The position numbers and the translations under genes are program-made. DNA of 64,000 nt, taken from positions 25,916,001-25,980,000 of the forward strand of contig JBHGNT010000002.1 in the NCBI GenBank assembly GCA_043228905.1, read 5' to 3'. Below, one piece after another: positions 63,561-64,000 of the stretch. Source of the stretch: Azolla caroliniana. Taxonomy: Eukaryota; Plantae; Polypodiophyta. Every line of letters starts with the position of its first letter. The stretch's first letter is position 1. The notes below the pieces were generated by a model that was not told where the DNA came from, searched no databases, and saw only the letters and a list, made by a program, of their open reading frames with translations.

Positions 63561-64000
63561 GTACATGTACATTTTATTTCATCAAGGACATGTCCTTTTA
63601 TCCTTGTTGTTGCACTGCAAGTGTTTAAACATTATTATGAACCTAACACAGGTAGTGATCTGTCTTCTAATGAGAAAGCCAGTAGCGGTGTTGCGGTATT
63701 TACAGGTATATACACACGTTGATAATAACCTCAACTTGCATATGAGCATATGTATAAAGAAGTGATTAAGGTTTTTATCCATATTTCTGAGAAATATTTT
63801 CTTACTTTGCATATGTTCAGATACATTTATAGCTAGGTTTAATTATCACATTATGCTGTGGATGAGTATACTGTGTCACAATAAATATAACATTCTGATA
63901 ATCTTCTTTACAGAACATTTCAGCTTGAGTCCTCTGTTTCTATTCCCTCTTAGATAATAGATATGCAGTGCTTTACATGGGAGTCCTCACTGTTAATTCT

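Overview
This is eukaryotic (land-plant) nuclear DNA. It is AT-rich and rich in microsatellites and retroelements. The PLS-type PPR remnant and the retroelement families suggest a fern or other seed-free plant, which is an inference only. There are four host genes. A long intronless low-complexity ORF of unknown function lies at 1397-5032 (+). A probable small spliced orphan coiled-coil gene lies at 41810-43698 (+). A multi-exon LON-protease substrate-binding-domain gene lies at 46553-53008 (-). The 5' part of a SAPS/PP6 regulatory subunit gene starts at 58121 (+) and runs off the window. The 6-36 kb region is a nest of retroelements. It holds a near-intact Ty1/copia element (10246-16189, -, TSD CGAGT) and a full-length but mutated GC-rich Ty3/gypsy element (19298-26290, -, 4-bp TSD, tRNA-Trp PBS). 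It also holds an internally deleted copia (27282-30382) inserted into an older gypsy RT/RNaseH relic, several gag and LTR relics, a LINE fragment, tRNA-derived repeats, and host-gene fragments (PPR, mitochondrial-type uL13, kinesin-12). There is no prokaryotic system or CRISPR array. The most notable signals are a predicted -1 frameshift cassette (G_GAU_UUU plus H-type pseudoknot) placed after the protease in the gypsy element, an extra in-frame domain between duplicated PPTs in the copia, a tRNA-like Pol III cassette inside an LTR, and telomere-like motifs read in two frames within the long ORF. All calls were made by eye; no database searches were run.
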